A DNA stretch of 64,000 nt from Tubulanus polymorphus. Its lineage: Eukaryota; Animalia; Nemertea. The stretch is from assembly GCF_964204645.1 (NCBI RefSeq), contig NC_134029.1, positions 4,774,001-4,838,000 on the forward strand. The letters run 5' to 3'. Positions 62,901 through 64,000 of this stretch are shown here, one piece after another (position 1 is the first letter of the stretch; the number at the start of each line of letters is the position of its first letter). The translations under genes were made by a program, and so were the position numbers. Below the pieces are notes generated by a model. The model made no database searches and had not been told where the DNA came from. It was given only the letters and a program-made list of their open reading frames with translations.

Positions 62901-64000
62901 CAATGCATATTTCTAATTAAAAAGGAATTGAGGTTATTTATCTACGGATATCGGGATACTACACAATAAGCATCTAATTAATGTACACCGAGGGAGGGAG
63001 AGATGCCGAGGCCAGAGGGTGACTTTGTACTATGAGGAGGTCGGGAGAAACTAAGGTATTCGAGGTTGTATTACGCCTTCGTAATTGATGCTAGTAATTC
63101 GAGTATTATCAAAGGGACACTTCTTAGTATTTCGTTTACTAAAATATTGGATCATCGTGATGTACATAAGTATACAATTATGAATGGAAACCACCGAGCG
63201 ATATCCGACCGTCAACACTAAGGACCAATATCTGGAACATCCATTTGTGTTTACTTGTCTACTGCTGGTTGCGAGACTTTCCATACATAGCGACGAGAGA
63301 TTTCGCAATACGGTCGTTTCAAAATTTCGGGATCTGTCGGGTAAATAATCAGGTTCCCTTTATGCATGACTGCCGCACAACCTCTGTAGGTCCCAGCTGA
63401 AACGAAGAAAACCTAGATAACTAAATTCTTTTTGCGAAAAAAAAACACGACATTAGTTCCGTCACGTTTGGTGCAATTATGTATAGATGATCAGATGAAA
63501 GTTGCAGAAGACCAAGCGATGAGTGCGTGATATATTGAATAATTTCTCGTTTCTCAGAACTGACAGAGCTTCACTGATCCTGCGATCATGGTTAGTTTGT
63601 CTTTACTTTCATCCGCGCATATATACGCATATACGGTGCTGATACTAGCGAACCAGCACAGTTTGGATGTTTAAGGATTAGCCTAGTCTCTTACGCTATG
63701 GCGATTTCTATCAAACATCTTCGCCACAAATCCCCAGTTAACTAACCTTGTACAGTAGAGTGGACAGTTATTGGGAGGACTGACGCTTTCGGTTCATCTT
63801 GTCTGTTTGCTGATGTACTTTTAAAGCGAAAATGATTGTTGTTTGTCGGCCGTGGTATTTTTCGCCAATATTGCGCGGGATTAAGTTCCGAACGAGGATG
63901 AAAAGACAGACTAGTTCAAGGGTTCGCAGATATACTACGAAGATAGCTCTTTGCTGTTATCAAATGCCTGTCTGGGCTCTAGAATGGGTTGTCCTTGTGG

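Noticed and set aside
59907-64000. Next nAChR exon (expected to begin DEKNQ/DERNQ)
   Set aside because: Not found; candidate acceptors (e.g. ~63557) lead to stops, so the gene probably continues beyond the window.

Overview
Animal genomic DNA with spliceosomal genes, probably from a lophotrochozoan invertebrate (inferred from gene families and transposon content). Left to right: TMEM33 (- strand, 7 coding exons, one U12-type intron); an ~1.15 kb P-like foldback transposon with an 8-bp TSD; an intronless rhodopsin-class peptide-type GPCR (+); a CNBD2-like cyclic-nucleotide-binding protein gene (- strand, ~20 kb); the 5' part of a nicotinic acetylcholine receptor subunit gene (+); and an intact, apparently very young BEL/Pao LTR retrotransposon inside the nAChR intron. 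Several MITEs and SINE-like repeats are interspersed. The most striking observation is the variable/constant layout of the CNBD gene. Besides the most upstream start, five (possibly six) large ATG-initiated alternative first exons lie in tandem, each ending in a donor whose phase matches the shared downstream exons, and each encoding a different basic, Ser/Arg-rich N-terminus, mostly with RRxS motifs. The neighbouring nAChR also has tandem-duplicated, mutually exclusive N-terminal exons. A 33-bp P-element-type excision footprint is also present. All gene models were built by hand from splice signals and reading-frame phase; no expression or database evidence was available.
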